Positions 46,380-58,117 of a stretch of DNA of 64,000 bases are shown here, in pieces. Each line of letters opens with the position of its first letter. Within the stretch, counting starts at the first letter, position 1. The DNA lies in assembly GCF_018350175.1 (NCBI RefSeq), contig NC_058381.1, positions 60,636,001 through 60,700,000 of the forward strand, written 5' to 3'. Both the position numbers and the translations under genes were made by a program. The DNA is from Felis catus (lineage: Eukaryota). Below the pieces are notes generated by a model. That model was given only the letters and a program-made list of their open reading frames with translations, searched no databases and had not been told where the DNA came from.

Positions 46380-46490
46380 AGACCCGCGCTTCCGCTTCCG
46401 CCTCCCGGCAGGCCGTGCACCGGCGCATGCGCGCAAGGCCCGCCCCGCCCTTCCGGCCCCGCCCGCGCGGCGCGCAAAGGAAGCACCTGA
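46380..46490 (-). promoter_or_regulatory. SIRT7 core promoter
   Basis: CGGAAGCGGAAG 46389-46400 and CCGGAAG 46450-46456 (ETS/GABP); NRF1 palindrome GCGCATGCGC 46423-46432; GC boxes. Confidence 0.8.
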
Positions 46491-46508
46491 CGGTCTCTTT
46501 AAAAGGTG

Positions 46509-46514
46509 TTTATT
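46509..46514 (-). terminator. Probable distal MAFG poly(A) signal AATAAA ending a ~4.35-kb 3' UTR
   Basis: TTTATT on + strand; in transcript sense it is preceded by U-rich and UGUA elements (46517-46580). Confidence 0.75.
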
Positions 46515-49500
46515 GATCATATACAAAATAAAGAAAACCTTATATATCACAAACATACACTATGTACAGCAATAAATACCCGGGGTCCGGCCCAGTGCCG
46601 CCCCCCCTGGACAATAATTTAGCAATAAATACTGCACAGGGCGGGGTGAGCGCTGAGGCCACAGCCCGCCCCAGGGAGGCCCCTCCTCACCTGGATCTTC
46701 CACAACCCCTGCCTGCCCCGGCAGGTCCCAGGGTACCACCACCTCCCCCTGGTTTCAGCTCTAGGCAGGACAGGCGGGGTCTGATCAACTCCGCTTGGAC
46801 CCAGCCTCTCAGCGCCAGGAGAGCACCAGAGCTGGACGCACTGGGCAGCCCTTGTCCTGTTGCCCTAAGATGCCAGGAGAAGGCTTTCTGTACCCACTCC
46901 CGTTTGGTTAAAGGCTTCAGGGAGTAGCAAATTGAGGGGATGGGGAGAAGGAAGGGGCTGGGACACGAGGGTGCTGGAGGGGCCGCCCCCTCGCAGTCCA
47001 TCAGGGGCACACTCTTCTAACACTCCAGCTCACCAGACACCCACGTACCAAGGCTGCTGTTCCAGCGTGGGGTGGAAATGTGCGTGACCGGCCCAAAGGT
47101 ACAGCCCACGCGCAACACACACAGGCCAGAAGCAGGACAGGCCATCAGTCTCCAGGGCACACCCCTGCCTCTGTGTGTCCTCCACTCTCCCCACCTGCTC
47201 CAAAACTAGACAGCCAACAGGAAGGCAAAAACGCGCCAAAAAGAATTATTCAGTGGCTTCTGGGGAAAAAAAAAATCGTTACTGTGTTGGTTCCTTTCAC
47301 CAAACCACAGCCTAAAAAAGTAACTTACAAGATCCCAGAGCGGAAACGGTGCTGCAGGCTGTGGCTTGGGCTTCCCAGCTGTGGATGGGAGCTTTAGCCA
47401 ACTGGCCACCTCTGAAAGGGAGGCCACAGGGACAGGAGGGGGCTTGACCAGCCATCCGAAAGCAGGCTACAGCTGATCAGAGCTGTGGGCCCAGGAACTG
47501 ACCATAGAAGCTGTTGCTGACGGACAGGGTTGTGCACACAGACCTGAAGCCTGGACCAAGGGCAGAAAAGCCTCCGGGGAGACCTGGTATCCGGCAGAAA
47601 CCAGTACACCACACGGCCGAGCAGCCGTGTCTTTCCACCTTTACAAACAGCGGTGCCGCCCAGAACAGCAGCCAGGGCCATAGGGAAGTCTCCCTGGGGC
47701 CACACTCAGGGCAGGAGCTGACCTGTTCCCACAGGGTTCTCCTCTGAAATCTGAGTGTCCGTGTCGGGATGAGGGGGGAGTAGGGCTCAGGCCCGATGGG
47801 AAGGAAGGTACACGTCATGGTTTACTTAGCGGACCAATTTGGGAGATTTGGCCTCGGCCAAAGCCCTCTATTCGCTGGGTCAGAAAAGTCGAGGATAAAA
47901 AGAACACAACACCCTCACAGTAGGAAAACTGAATTGACAAGAATCAGAAAGACACCAACCAGTCACATGTGGACACAGGCTCTACTGTCAAGAAACCAAG
48001 GGGAAGGGGGAAAGGGCAGAGTGCAGAGCGGCCCCGTGGGGCTGGCTTGATGGGAACAGGATGTACTCCCAGACCCGAGGAACAGCTGCTCCAAATCCAA
48101 AAACTCCGAAGGGCAGCATGGCCTCAGTAATTCCAGAAGCTTCTTCCAATACCTAAACCAAGGACCTGCAATTTCTCTTCCGTCTGTGTCCACCCTCCAA
48201 CCCGCCTCTGGACTTCCAAACCCACCTCCTTTCTCTCCTCTCCACGTCTCCAGCCTGCAGATGGACAACTACCTCCCAGCAAGGACAAAAGTGTCGGGAC
48301 CGTAAGCGGATATGGAGAACATGGACGTGACCCCTCTTCAGTGACTCTTATGACGCGATTCCAGCTCACTGCTGCTACAACCAACGTCAACAACTTTCAT
48401 CTAGACCCTAGGTAGACAAAGCCAGACAGCAAGGAGGGGCAGGAAGCCACTAAGTATTGAGAGCCAACAGTCAAAATCTCCATCGCAGGCCGACCCGGGT
48501 ACAACCGGGAATGACTGAGCCTCTAGGGCCAAGCCCATTAACACGACAGAAATCGACAGCATGCCCCTGCTCCTACCCCACGGGCACACTGGGGTCAGAC
48601 TCTGGGATGAAAATCCTCTGTGCAGCCCACGAGGTCACACCCTGCGAGGCCGCACAGTGTTTCTTTTCGCCAGCTCACACTTCTGTGCTTTGCAGGGGTT
48701 CGGGGCCCCCAGAGGAGCCAAGGCCCATGTGGCCAGAGATGGGGCAGTAGCCTCTTGAGGGCAGGCACCGCAGGAGGCCTCCGAGGAGCTTCCCAAGCCC
48801 AGTCTGGAAGACTGGCTGCCTCTGCCGAGGGGCCACGGGAAGGTAGGCTCAGCCCCGCAGAGGAGCACCCCTTGAGCTGAGCAGCGCATCCCTGGAAGAC
48901 ACAGATCCCAGAGGCGAAAGAAGGCCCAGAGCCCAGTCAGGGCGAGGTGAGAGATAGGACCCGGCCCTGGGTACTGGAGCCCTTGTCTGGCACCGGCGGA
49001 GACCCCCCCCGCCGCCCCCAGGCTCATGGGCAGGGTGAAGGGGCCGCCCCAGGTGAGTCCTCAAACCACCTGGTTTTGCCTGGGAAGCTCCACTTCACAG
49101 CACAGCAGCACTGCCAGGACACGTGGGCAGCAGGCCTCGCGACCCCCACGTGGGCTCCACGGGTCCCGATGAGGCCCCCGTGCAGCCCACAGGAACAAAG
49201 CTGGGGTCGGAGGCCAGAGCCCAAGCACGTTGACCAGAGGCCAGAAGGAAGACACCCGGGGGTACCCTAGTGACTCCTTGGTCCCTGCAAATCTGCCACC
49301 CCTGGCCAGAGGCGGTGGGCATGGAGGCAAGGGGCGCCGTCTGGGATGGCCCCCAGTTTTACCTACCCGGCCATTGGATCAGCCCAAGCCTAGGACAGAC
49401 ATGCGAAGCCAAGGCTGTGCAGGGGTGGGAGCGGCAGAGCCCCCAGTCTGCTCCTCTGGGGTCCCGGGTCAGGCACCGAGGCAGAGGCGGGGGGCTGGGC

Positions 49501-50864
49501 TGCTGGGGAGATTCCCGCGTTCTGCCGGAGCGGGAGTCGCCCAGCGCCCCAGTCCGGGCCGGCAAGCTGGCAGAAGCAAACACACAACCAAATCCAAAAA
49601 ACAAACNNNNNNNNNNNNNNNNNNNNNNNNNNNNNNNNNNNNNNNNNNNNNNNNNNNNNNNNNNNNNNNNNNNNNNNNNNNNNNNNNNNNNNNNNNNNNN
49701 NNNNNNNNNNNNNNNNNNNNNNNNNNNNNNNNNNNNNNNNNNNNNNNNNNNNNNNNNNNNNNNNNNNNNNNNNNNNNNNNNNNNNGAGCGCGCCAGGATG
49801 CGCCTTGTGGTCGCCCACAGCTTGGCTTTTCTTTTTTTTTTTTTTTTGTCTTTTTTAAAACTAAGTTTTATAAATAACGTCTGATAACTCTGTGTATATA
49901 AAAACTAAACTCCAACAGCCACAAAGACTTGTCCATAAGTTTACAAGAAAGGGATTTTTTTTGTCTGTTTTTTTTTTCTTTTGTTAAACTAGCAAAGTTT
50001 CTATTATACTTTCTTCCCTTTTCCATATATATGGTCAAATGTTCTTGCTTGTTTTTTTTTTTTTTAAAAAGACAGTTTTATAAATACTCTGCAGCTCTTT
50101 TTCTCCTTTAGCTTTTAAACATATAATTTAATAACTTCGTAAAAGGAACTCCTCTCTTTTAAATAAAGGGCCACGTAACCACACAGATAGGTCATGTAAA
50201 CAGTGACACGGGACCCGTCGCAGGACACTGGACACACCCTTCACGAATGTTCACAACCAGTGATTTGGTCTTGTTCAGTGCAATGCGTCAGGCTTGAGCG
50301 CCGTGGGCCCTGGCCCAAAGCCACATAACGCCCCGTCCCTCCCAGCGGCCGTAGCGCCCAGGCTGGTGGCCCGCCCATCCAGGCCCATCCAGGGCCCCCA
50401 AGGACGCCCTACTCTTAGGAGCAGAGCCCATCTATGCCTGCTGGCCGCGCTGAGAGTGAATCACAGCCCCCTGCCAGGCAGCAGCTGTCGGGGCCTGTGG
50501 GCCACCCAGGAGCGGACAGCAGCCCTCCCTACTCAGAACCGCGAGCCCCAGAGAGCTCATCCGATCTTTCTCTGTTGCCACAGGGCCAACTCTGGACTCC
50601 CAGCCTGCACGGCCTTGGTACAAAGGGGGCCGAGGCAACCCCACGTCACCGCCGAACTGACCAATCCCAACGTACAAAACACACGATGACAACGACGAGA
50701 TCAAAGGGGCTCAGCCCGGCGCCCCCGGGGTGCAGGTTGTGCTTTGCAGGGAAGGGAGGAGGCAGGAGAGGAAGAGGAGGAGAGGAGGAAGAAGGGGACA
50801 GGGCTGCCAAACTCGCCATGCGCCTAATGGCCCCTTGCAGACCCGCCCGGGCAAGCGCGCGTCC

Positions 50865-51449
50865 CTACGATCGGGCGTCCGTCTTGGACTTTACTATCGT
50901 GATGACGCTGGTGGCAGCCACCTTGCCAGGGACGAGGGGCCCCAAGCCGGCCGCGAGGGGGCCCCGGGCCGGTGCCACGGGACTGCGGGCCACCGTCCTG
51001 GCGAAGTTNNNNNNNNNNNNNNNNNNNNNNNNNNNNNNNNNNNNNNNNNNNNNNNNNNNNNNNNNNNNNNNNNNNNNNNNNNNNNNNNNNNNNNNNNNNN
51101 NNNNNNNNNNNNNNNNNNNNNNNNNNNNNNNNNNNNNNNNNNNNNNNNNNNNNNNNNNNNNNNNNNNNNNNNNNNNNNNNNNNNNNNNNNNNNNNNNNNN
51201 NNNNNNNNNNNNNNNNNNNNNNNNNNNNNNNNNNNNNNNNNNNNNNNNNNNNNNNNNNNNNNNNNNNNNNNNNNNNNNNNNNNNNNNNNNNNCATTCTCA
51301 CCTGGCTCCCGCTTCACCTGGGGGCAGGGCAGTGCACGGGGTCAAGGCTGAGCGGGGGACCGCCCACCCTGGAGGCACCCCTGCCTCAAGACTCCATCCA
51401 CCCCGCTGCTCACCTTCAAGGCCTTGTTTCCTTTATTGGGGGTCGTCAT
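50865..51449 (-). CDS. MAFG: Small Maf bZIP transcription factor MafG, 162 aa; basic-zipper core lies in the N gap 51009-51292
   Basis: Exon 51414-51449 encodes [12 protein letters not shown]; exon 50865-51317 encodes VKREPGEN...[47 protein letters not shown]. Frame is preserved across the gap. Confidence 0.95.
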
Positions 51450-51849
51450 AACCCGGGGGCACAGCACGCAGGCACTCTGCAAAACAGGGAGCAGAGGTCA
51501 GGACCCTGGAGAACACCCCGCTTTCCCTCCCCAGTCCATACAGAGCCTGGGGGAGAGGCCCAGCCTCCCCCCCCACCCCAGCCTCGCCTCTCAGCTGACC
51601 GTCCCCAATACCCCGAAGACCACCCGCCACCCTTTGGCTAGGCTGTTCCCCGTCCCCCTTGTCCCTAGAGAACCCAGCAGGTCTGAGGCGGGAAAGGGGA
51701 ACCGAGGCGCTGTTAGAAAGGCAGAGACCAGGAAAAGGGGCTTGGGAAGAGTTGAGACGGATGCAGGAGGGGCCAGCCTAGAAGGAAGCCGGGAGCTTTA
51801 AAAATAACCCCAGTGTGCGCCCCAGAGCACGGCTGTTCCTGCCCAGTCA

Positions 51850-51862
51850 CGCTGACTCAGCA
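51850..51862. promoter_or_regulatory. T-MARE-like site in MAFG intron 1
   Basis: CGCTGACTCAGCA matches TGCTGACTCAGCA at 12 of 13 positions. Confidence 0.6.
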
Positions 51863-53965
51863 CATTGCTCCCGCTCCCGCTCCCTCACCTGCCTGGCCTG
51901 GTACTCCCCAAGGCTGCCAGCCAGCCAACACAGCCCCAGGGGACCCGGAGCCTGAGCAGAGCACCGCTGGGCCAGGAAGGCCAGCCTGGCCAACGGCAGG
52001 TAGGGCTGGGGCCGGCGACCCCGCACACGTGCACTCCAGGGTCCTACCTGCTGCAGCCACCTCCCCTCAGCTGGCCCTGCCCCCACGAAGGCTTAGGAGC
52101 CAGTGGGGACTCAGGCCAAGAGGAAAATGCAGGAGAGCCCCGAATCGCCCACAGACTTTTCACTCTGAACAGCTCAACTCTTTCCAGCACTGGTGGGAGC
52201 CCCCCACCCCTCCAGGTGGCAGGCACTCCGGCGCGGGCCGCACACAGCCCACCTCCGCTGCCGATGAAGCAACCTTCCTGTGGCCTCAGATTGCAGCATC
52301 TTGCGCCCCTGCCCCACCCCATCCTCGCTGTTTCATAAGAGCGCCCGGTTAGCCACGCAGGGGCCTGCTCAGCCCCTTCCAGCCCCCCCACCTGAGCTCA
52401 CTGCCCACAGTGCAGGGGACAAAAACAAGAGGGCTGGGGGGCTGGACCGAAGCCCCCCCCCCCCCGGCACCCACTCAGTTGCCCCTCCCACACTCTGCCC
52501 TCACTTTCTGCTTCCTGAAGCCCTGCCAAGGACATTTATGTGCACCTAATCCTGGCAATTCTGGCTCAGCCAACCCCCCCCCACCCCCCCACCCCTAGCC
52601 CCCTGCTCTCCAGGTTAGACGCAGAAAAAGACGTCAGACGTGGCCGGAGGACTAAGCCAGACTGCAGTTTCCCTGCTGCAGGAGAGGTCTCTTACCCCAC
52701 TGGGGAGATAAAGCATGGGCTGGGAGGGGGGTGGAGGTGCAGTTGGCTCCAGGGTGGAGCCCCCGCCTCACCCAGCCTTGCCCCAGGTGGTGCCTCATCA
52801 CAGCCAGGGCATCCGGGCTCTCAGGCCCCGAGGCTGGCGTCTCCCGGGATGTTCCAGAGCAGAGGATGGAAAAGATAGGAACTGGAGGTCAGAAGAGCCT
52901 CAGGGCCCCCAACCCACCCTGGAAGCCGAGCCCTCATGGCAGAGCTAGAGGGGCGCCCCCAGTCTTGAGTCTGAATCAGGGTGCAAGGACACCGCCCTGG
53001 GTCCAACCACTGTCAGCCTGAAGGAAAAGGCCTGCCACCAGCTCTTCCCACTCGCCGCGCTCCCTCCCCTCCAAATGCTGAGCACGACGGTGACTTCCTG
53101 AAGAGATCACACAGAAAAGTGCCGAGCGTGGCGGCTGGGAGCTGAAATGTGCCTCCTCGACAGATTTCGCCCTCCGCAGAAGGCCTGAACTCAGCACAAG
53201 CACAGCCGCTCGCCTCCCAGTCAAAGGTGCGTGTGCGTGTGCGTGCTGTGGGGGAGGGGCAGGCCTCTGCAAAGCCGGGGCCTCGGCCCTCTGGCCCGGC
53301 CTCCGTCCACCGGGGGACACACACAGATGTGACAGAGACAGCCTTTGGACATAGATGGCTAGGGATAGCTCAGGCCACCTCCAGAAGCCAGACAGGGAGT
53401 ATCCCAGAGACGGGACTGAGGAGAAGCTTCCTCTCCTCCCCATCAAGGGCCGGTCCAGAGCTGGGGCCTGGTCATCCTTCCCAACTCAACTCCCCCAGAG
53501 GCCGGGCCGCCCTGGGGAGAGGGCACGGGCAGTCCCCAGGGTCTGAGACCACCAAGGTACCCGAGCCACCCACTCAGGCTGAGAGCCGGTTGGGATGGGA
53601 AAACAGGTTCCGAGAGTTCCGTCCCCTTTACCCGGGCCCGAACTCTAGGATGTGGACCCTTGGCAGGAGGCAAGACAGCCCGCCCCTGCTCCTTTTGGTG
53701 GCCTGCAAACTCTAGTGTCCAAATGTCCCCAACAGGCGTGGCCCCAACCTAGCCTAGCCTTACTCCCACCCTGCCCTTCAGAACCACCTTCTCCACAATC
53801 TCTCAGCCACTGAAAGCGATTCTGAAAAAAGTTTCAAACTTCATTTCCACCTAAGCATAAATAATGACAAGACTTACAGAAATACCCCTTCAGGAATTTG
53901 CATTTTCCTAAGGTAGGAAGAAATTCCAGCCAAAAGATGAGCTGAAGTGTTACACAAAGCTGCCT

Positions 53966-53991
53966 CTGTGTGTGTGTGTGTGTGTGTGTGT
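53966..53991. repeat. (TG)n microsatellite
   Basis: Read directly from the sequence. Confidence 0.9.
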
Positions 53992-55014
53992 TGGGGGCAG
54001 GGGGTGTCCCTGAAAACAAACCACAAGGCGGCCCGACCTAGCCATGAACCCCTAGGTTCAGCTCTGATCTAGACAAAACACCCCCCCTCCTGGAGGCCAG
54101 GAAGCACCCATACATTTAGGAAAGGTGGCCCAGGCCACACCACCCTCAGGCTGTCCCCCCCCCCCCCAAGAGGCCCAACATCCATCAGGGCCACAATCTT
54201 TACTAACACCTGCTCGACACTGAGCCCCAATCTCAAGTAGGACTATTTGGGGGTGACTAGGAACCGCCTTCTTCCACTCCATGCCTTCCACACCAGCCCG
54301 CCTGCTGTGCCCCAAAGGCTGGGCACCCTCAAAGCCACCACCACCTGCAGCTTTGACCCAAACCCCAAAGCCAGGCTGTGCAAAGGGGCAGGGCCTGCTC
54401 ACCAGACACCTCACTCCCCAGATGTCAAAGTCCTGCCGCTTCCTCTCATTGGCAGTTTCCTGGTACAGCTGCACCTGCTTGTCCCTGCCCTGTCCACTGC
54501 CCTCCAGGACTTGAGTAAAGGCACCCCTCTTTCTCCCACTGACTCCCTCTCTGGCCAGGGTGTATTCCTCTCTTTCTTCCCCGCCCAGGGGCTGCCCAGC
54601 CTAGCCAACCAGACCAGTCACAGGGAAAGCCTGCTTCCCAGCCTGGCAAGCACGGCCCCCCTAAGCTCCTCCCCTCCTCTCACTCAGAGAACTATTTCCC
54701 AGTTTGGGGAACTGTCCCAGACGCTGGTCAGGGACCAGCTGCCTGAGAAGAGAATGCCTGGGAGGGGAGGGGACGGGCAGGCCAGGGGCTTCACATTCTG
54801 CCGGGGGAAGAAAACCTATCCCGAGGCCCCTCCACCGTCTCCTCACCCACTCCTCCTTCAACTCGCATGCCAGCCCAAACTTGAACCGGTGCCCCAGTCC
54901 CTGGGCCTGGGCCCTTCCCCAGTTTCCCTCCTGCGCCTATCTCCCGGCCCCTTAGACCCCAGGCCCCTTGCTCAAATCCCCCCCAGACATCAGAATGAGC
55001 ATCGAGTGACCTCA

Positions 55015-55030
55015 TGCTGATGACTCAGCA
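55015..55030. promoter_or_regulatory. NRF2/small-Maf antioxidant response element (ARE)
   Basis: TGCTGATGACTCAGCA contains a perfect ATGACTCAGCA; MAFG is an established NRF2 target. Confidence 0.8.
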
Positions 55031-55049
55031 AGTCTCCCTCTGGGCTCTG

Positions 55050-55833
55050 GCACGCGTGTGACGGAGCGAAGCCGCCGCGGGCAGGGTCTTCCCGGCCCCG
55101 CCACGTGCCGCCCCCTACCCCCCACCCGCCCCGGCCCGCCGAGGACCCCCGCGCCCGGGCGGGCGGACACAGACACCTGATGAATCAGCAGCGAGAACCG
55201 GGGCCCAGAGGCTCTTCCGCGGAGCCCTAGGCGCCCCGCTCGACCCCACCCTTTCCTCCCGCCACCGCGGCCGCCCCTCCCACCGGGACGCCCCGGGCTC
55301 CGCCGAGCAAGCCCCGCGTACGCCCCGCCCCGCCCTCCTCCGGCCCCCGCGGCCCACCCCCAGCAGCCCCGGCGCGAGGGCCGGGAGCAGCTTCCGAGCC
55401 GCGGGGAAATCGAGGCACGGGCCGCCAGCAGGGCGCGGGGCAAACCCGAAGCCGGGAGCGCGCGGCCCGCGCCGCCCTCGGCCCTCCAGGAGGAGCCTCC
55501 GCCCCGCCCGCCCCCACCCCGGGCCCGGAGCCTCCCGCCCGGCCCGCCGCCGCACTCACCCACCACACTGCGGGCCCGGGCGGGCCGAGGCCGGGGCGGG
55601 CGGGGCGGGGGGCGCTCCGAGGCCGCGCGGGGGCTCCGGGCCCGGGGTGGGGGCTCGCCGCCTGCGCGGGCCGGGCCGAGCGCGCTGGGAAGGCCGGGCC
55701 GGATCAGGCTCGGGATCCGCCGCCGCCGCCGCCGCCGCCGCTCCACAGACGTCACATGATGTTTGGTCACGTGGGCTCCATTCATGAAGCGGCGACGCGG
55801 CCGGCCGGGGCTTAAAGGGGAAGGAGCGGCGGC

Positions 55834-55864
<31 letters not shown>

Positions 55865-56210
55865 GCGGCCGCCGCGGCGGGACGCGCCTGCACTGCGCCT
55901 GCGCGCCCGGAGCTGTCGCCCCGGCGATGCCGCCGCCGTCCTGCCCCGGCGGGGTCTCGCGGGACTGGCCCCGGGCGCGCGCACCTCCGCGGGCCAGGCT
56001 CCGGCCTTCGAGCGGGGAGCCTCGTGGGACTGTCCCGCCGCCTTCCTGGCCCGGGGGACCCGTGCGGACCTGCGGTCCCGGGGCATCGCCAGGAGGGTCC
56101 TCGCGGGGCTTCCCAGGCTGCCTGGCGGGCACTTGCAGGCATGACCTCGCCTAATTGCGAGCCGACCTCCGCCCTGCCAGGTAGCCGCGGCCTGGTTCAC
56201 GGAGGACCCG
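55050..56210. promoter_or_regulatory. MAFG CpG-island promoter with twin E-boxes and flanking CGG tracts
   Basis: GTCACATGA at 55751; GGTCACGTGG at 55765; (CCG)8 at 55717-55740; (GCG)9GCA(GCG)4 at 55826-55867. Confidence 0.82.
55560..55750 (-). other. MAFG: Probable non-coding exon 1 of MAFG (5' end approximate)
   Basis: GG|GTGAGT donor at 55559 inside a CpG island; (CGG)8 leader. Confidence 0.7.
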
Positions 56211-56899
56211 ACAGTCTTGTCCAGGAGGCAAACTGAGGCGTGTTCAAGGCCGCCTCCAGGATCCTGCGGGGAGGGTGGTCTGGCTTCACCCAACGCCCGA
56301 GACCCCACACCGAGCGACGGGCAGTCAGGCAGCCCAGGAGTGGGTGCGCCGTAAACAAGTGTGGAGTAGTTGGTGCACCAACTGCTCCTTTCCCGTTCCA
56401 TCCACATCTGCCTGGAGCTCAGCTCACAGGAGTCCGTGGCTGCGCCTGCCTTTTCTCTAAGGACTTCTCGCTGCTGTTCAAAATTCCCAGAGAACGAGGC
56501 AACCCAGGGCAAGAGGGGAAATTGGAGGGATCCATCCCATTTCCACTTCCAAGTTCTGGATTTCCTTTCTCGTGTGTAGAGTCAGGAAGGGTGACTCACC
56601 CCGCCAGGCGGGTCAGTGGGATTCAGCTGGCAGAGGGAGGAGTGAGGGACAGGTGGCTGGGGCTTCACGGGAACTCGGTGCCACTGATGAAGGCCACTCG
56701 AGGAGGCCCCCAAAGCTGGGGGCAGAAGGGCACCACAGCACCCCCTGCCTGCCTCCAGTAACCTCTCTGAATCCCACAGTGCCTTGTCACCAGCGTTGCA
56801 GGTTTGGGCGTGGTTGTCTTAATCCAAGCTGCTCTTTAAGGGCAGGGCGTGACATTGTACTGGGCTCCACTGGAATCTCACATACTCCAGGACCTTGAG

Positions 56900-56989
56900 A
56901 TTATATTTTTAATCTTTACACCCATTGTGGAGCTCGAACTCACAACCCCAAGATTGCATGCTGTACTGACTGAGCGAGCCAGGTGCCCC
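56900..56989 (-). mobile_element. Old short SINEC
   Basis: GGAGCTCGAACTCACAACCCCAAGAT...ACTGAGCGAGCCAGGTGCCCC. Confidence 0.65.
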
Positions 56990-58103
56990 AGGGGTGTGAC
57001 TTAAAGTCAACTCAATCTACAGAACAACAAAGGCTTGCCCCTGAGGATAAGAATGCAGTCCTGTGGGCTCCAGCTCCTCCAGCCTCCTCACCACAGGATG
57101 TCAGTCCCATTCTCCTGGTCCCACTTGGCAGGGATGTGGGGTCTGAGCTACTGTTGGACCTTAAGAGCCAGTCCACGCAGCAGGGCCCTGGCAGGCCACA
57201 TGGGGTTGACTTGGTGCCACCCAGCTCACGCCAGAACCACGATGCCATCAGGAAACACCGGTGATTGGCCTGGGGCTGGGGGTCACCATGGGTGGAAGCT
57301 CGCTGGCTAATCCCCACTCGTCTTCCCACACCCCTGACTCCCCAGTCCTCATGGGAGGGAGTCTGGCTGCCATTGACATGTGGGAGGTGACTGAGAGGCT
57401 GATTTATCAGTCATTCGCGTTCTGCTCCTTCTCACCAAGTGAGCAAGGAGTCCCCTCCTCCTCCTCCCCACTGGGAACACACCCAGCCACCTCTTCTGTC
57501 TTGGAAGAGGGACAAGCAGGCATGGGGATGCGCCCACCCAGGGCCATCAGAGAGGTCGGGAAGCGAATCGGGGCCCAACTCATCTGGAGGCCAGTGACAG
57601 TGTGGATGTCAGGGATGCTTCCCACAGAGATGGCCCTGGGCCCTGAGGTCAGCCCTCTGGCCATGGGATGGGGGTCAGCTCTACGGCCCTGGGAGGTCAA
57701 TGCTCCGGGAGACAACCCAGACTCTTTGCTGCCCCCCTCCCAGACTCTTCAGGAATATGGGAGAGTATGTGGAAAAGTGTCCTGACCACCTGCAGAATAA
57801 CCGATAGGGGGTTTGTTTGCATGTCTGGGAGAGGCCACCGAGGGAGAGGAGGTGCCCTGTTGAAACGATCAAGATAGCCAAGCCCCCAGCACCTGTACTA
57901 GGGTCCAGCTAAAGGCCCCAAGAGAGTGCGTGCTTGCTCCCGCCTGTCAGAAGTCTGGCTGACTGCCACCCACGGTGCAGGACATTTGTCCCCCAGAAAT
58001 AGCACTACAGCCTTGCCGGGGAGTGATACTGCAAAGGAACAGGCCCAGGTTCCAGCGTCCCTGCTGGTCCACGCGGCACCACCTTGACCAGCTTCCAGAT
58101 CTG

Positions 58104-58117
58104 CCGCTAGGGGGCAG
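58104..58117 (+). promoter_or_regulatory. Candidate CTCF site
   Basis: CCGCTAGGGGGCAG closely matches the CTCF core consensus. Confidence 0.6.

Noticed and set aside
55763-56236. Poly-Ala ORF on the + strand opposite MAFG (internal MKRRRGRP..)
   Set aside because: Explained by the GCG repeat and CpG island; no coding evidence without Ribo-seq or PhyloCSF.
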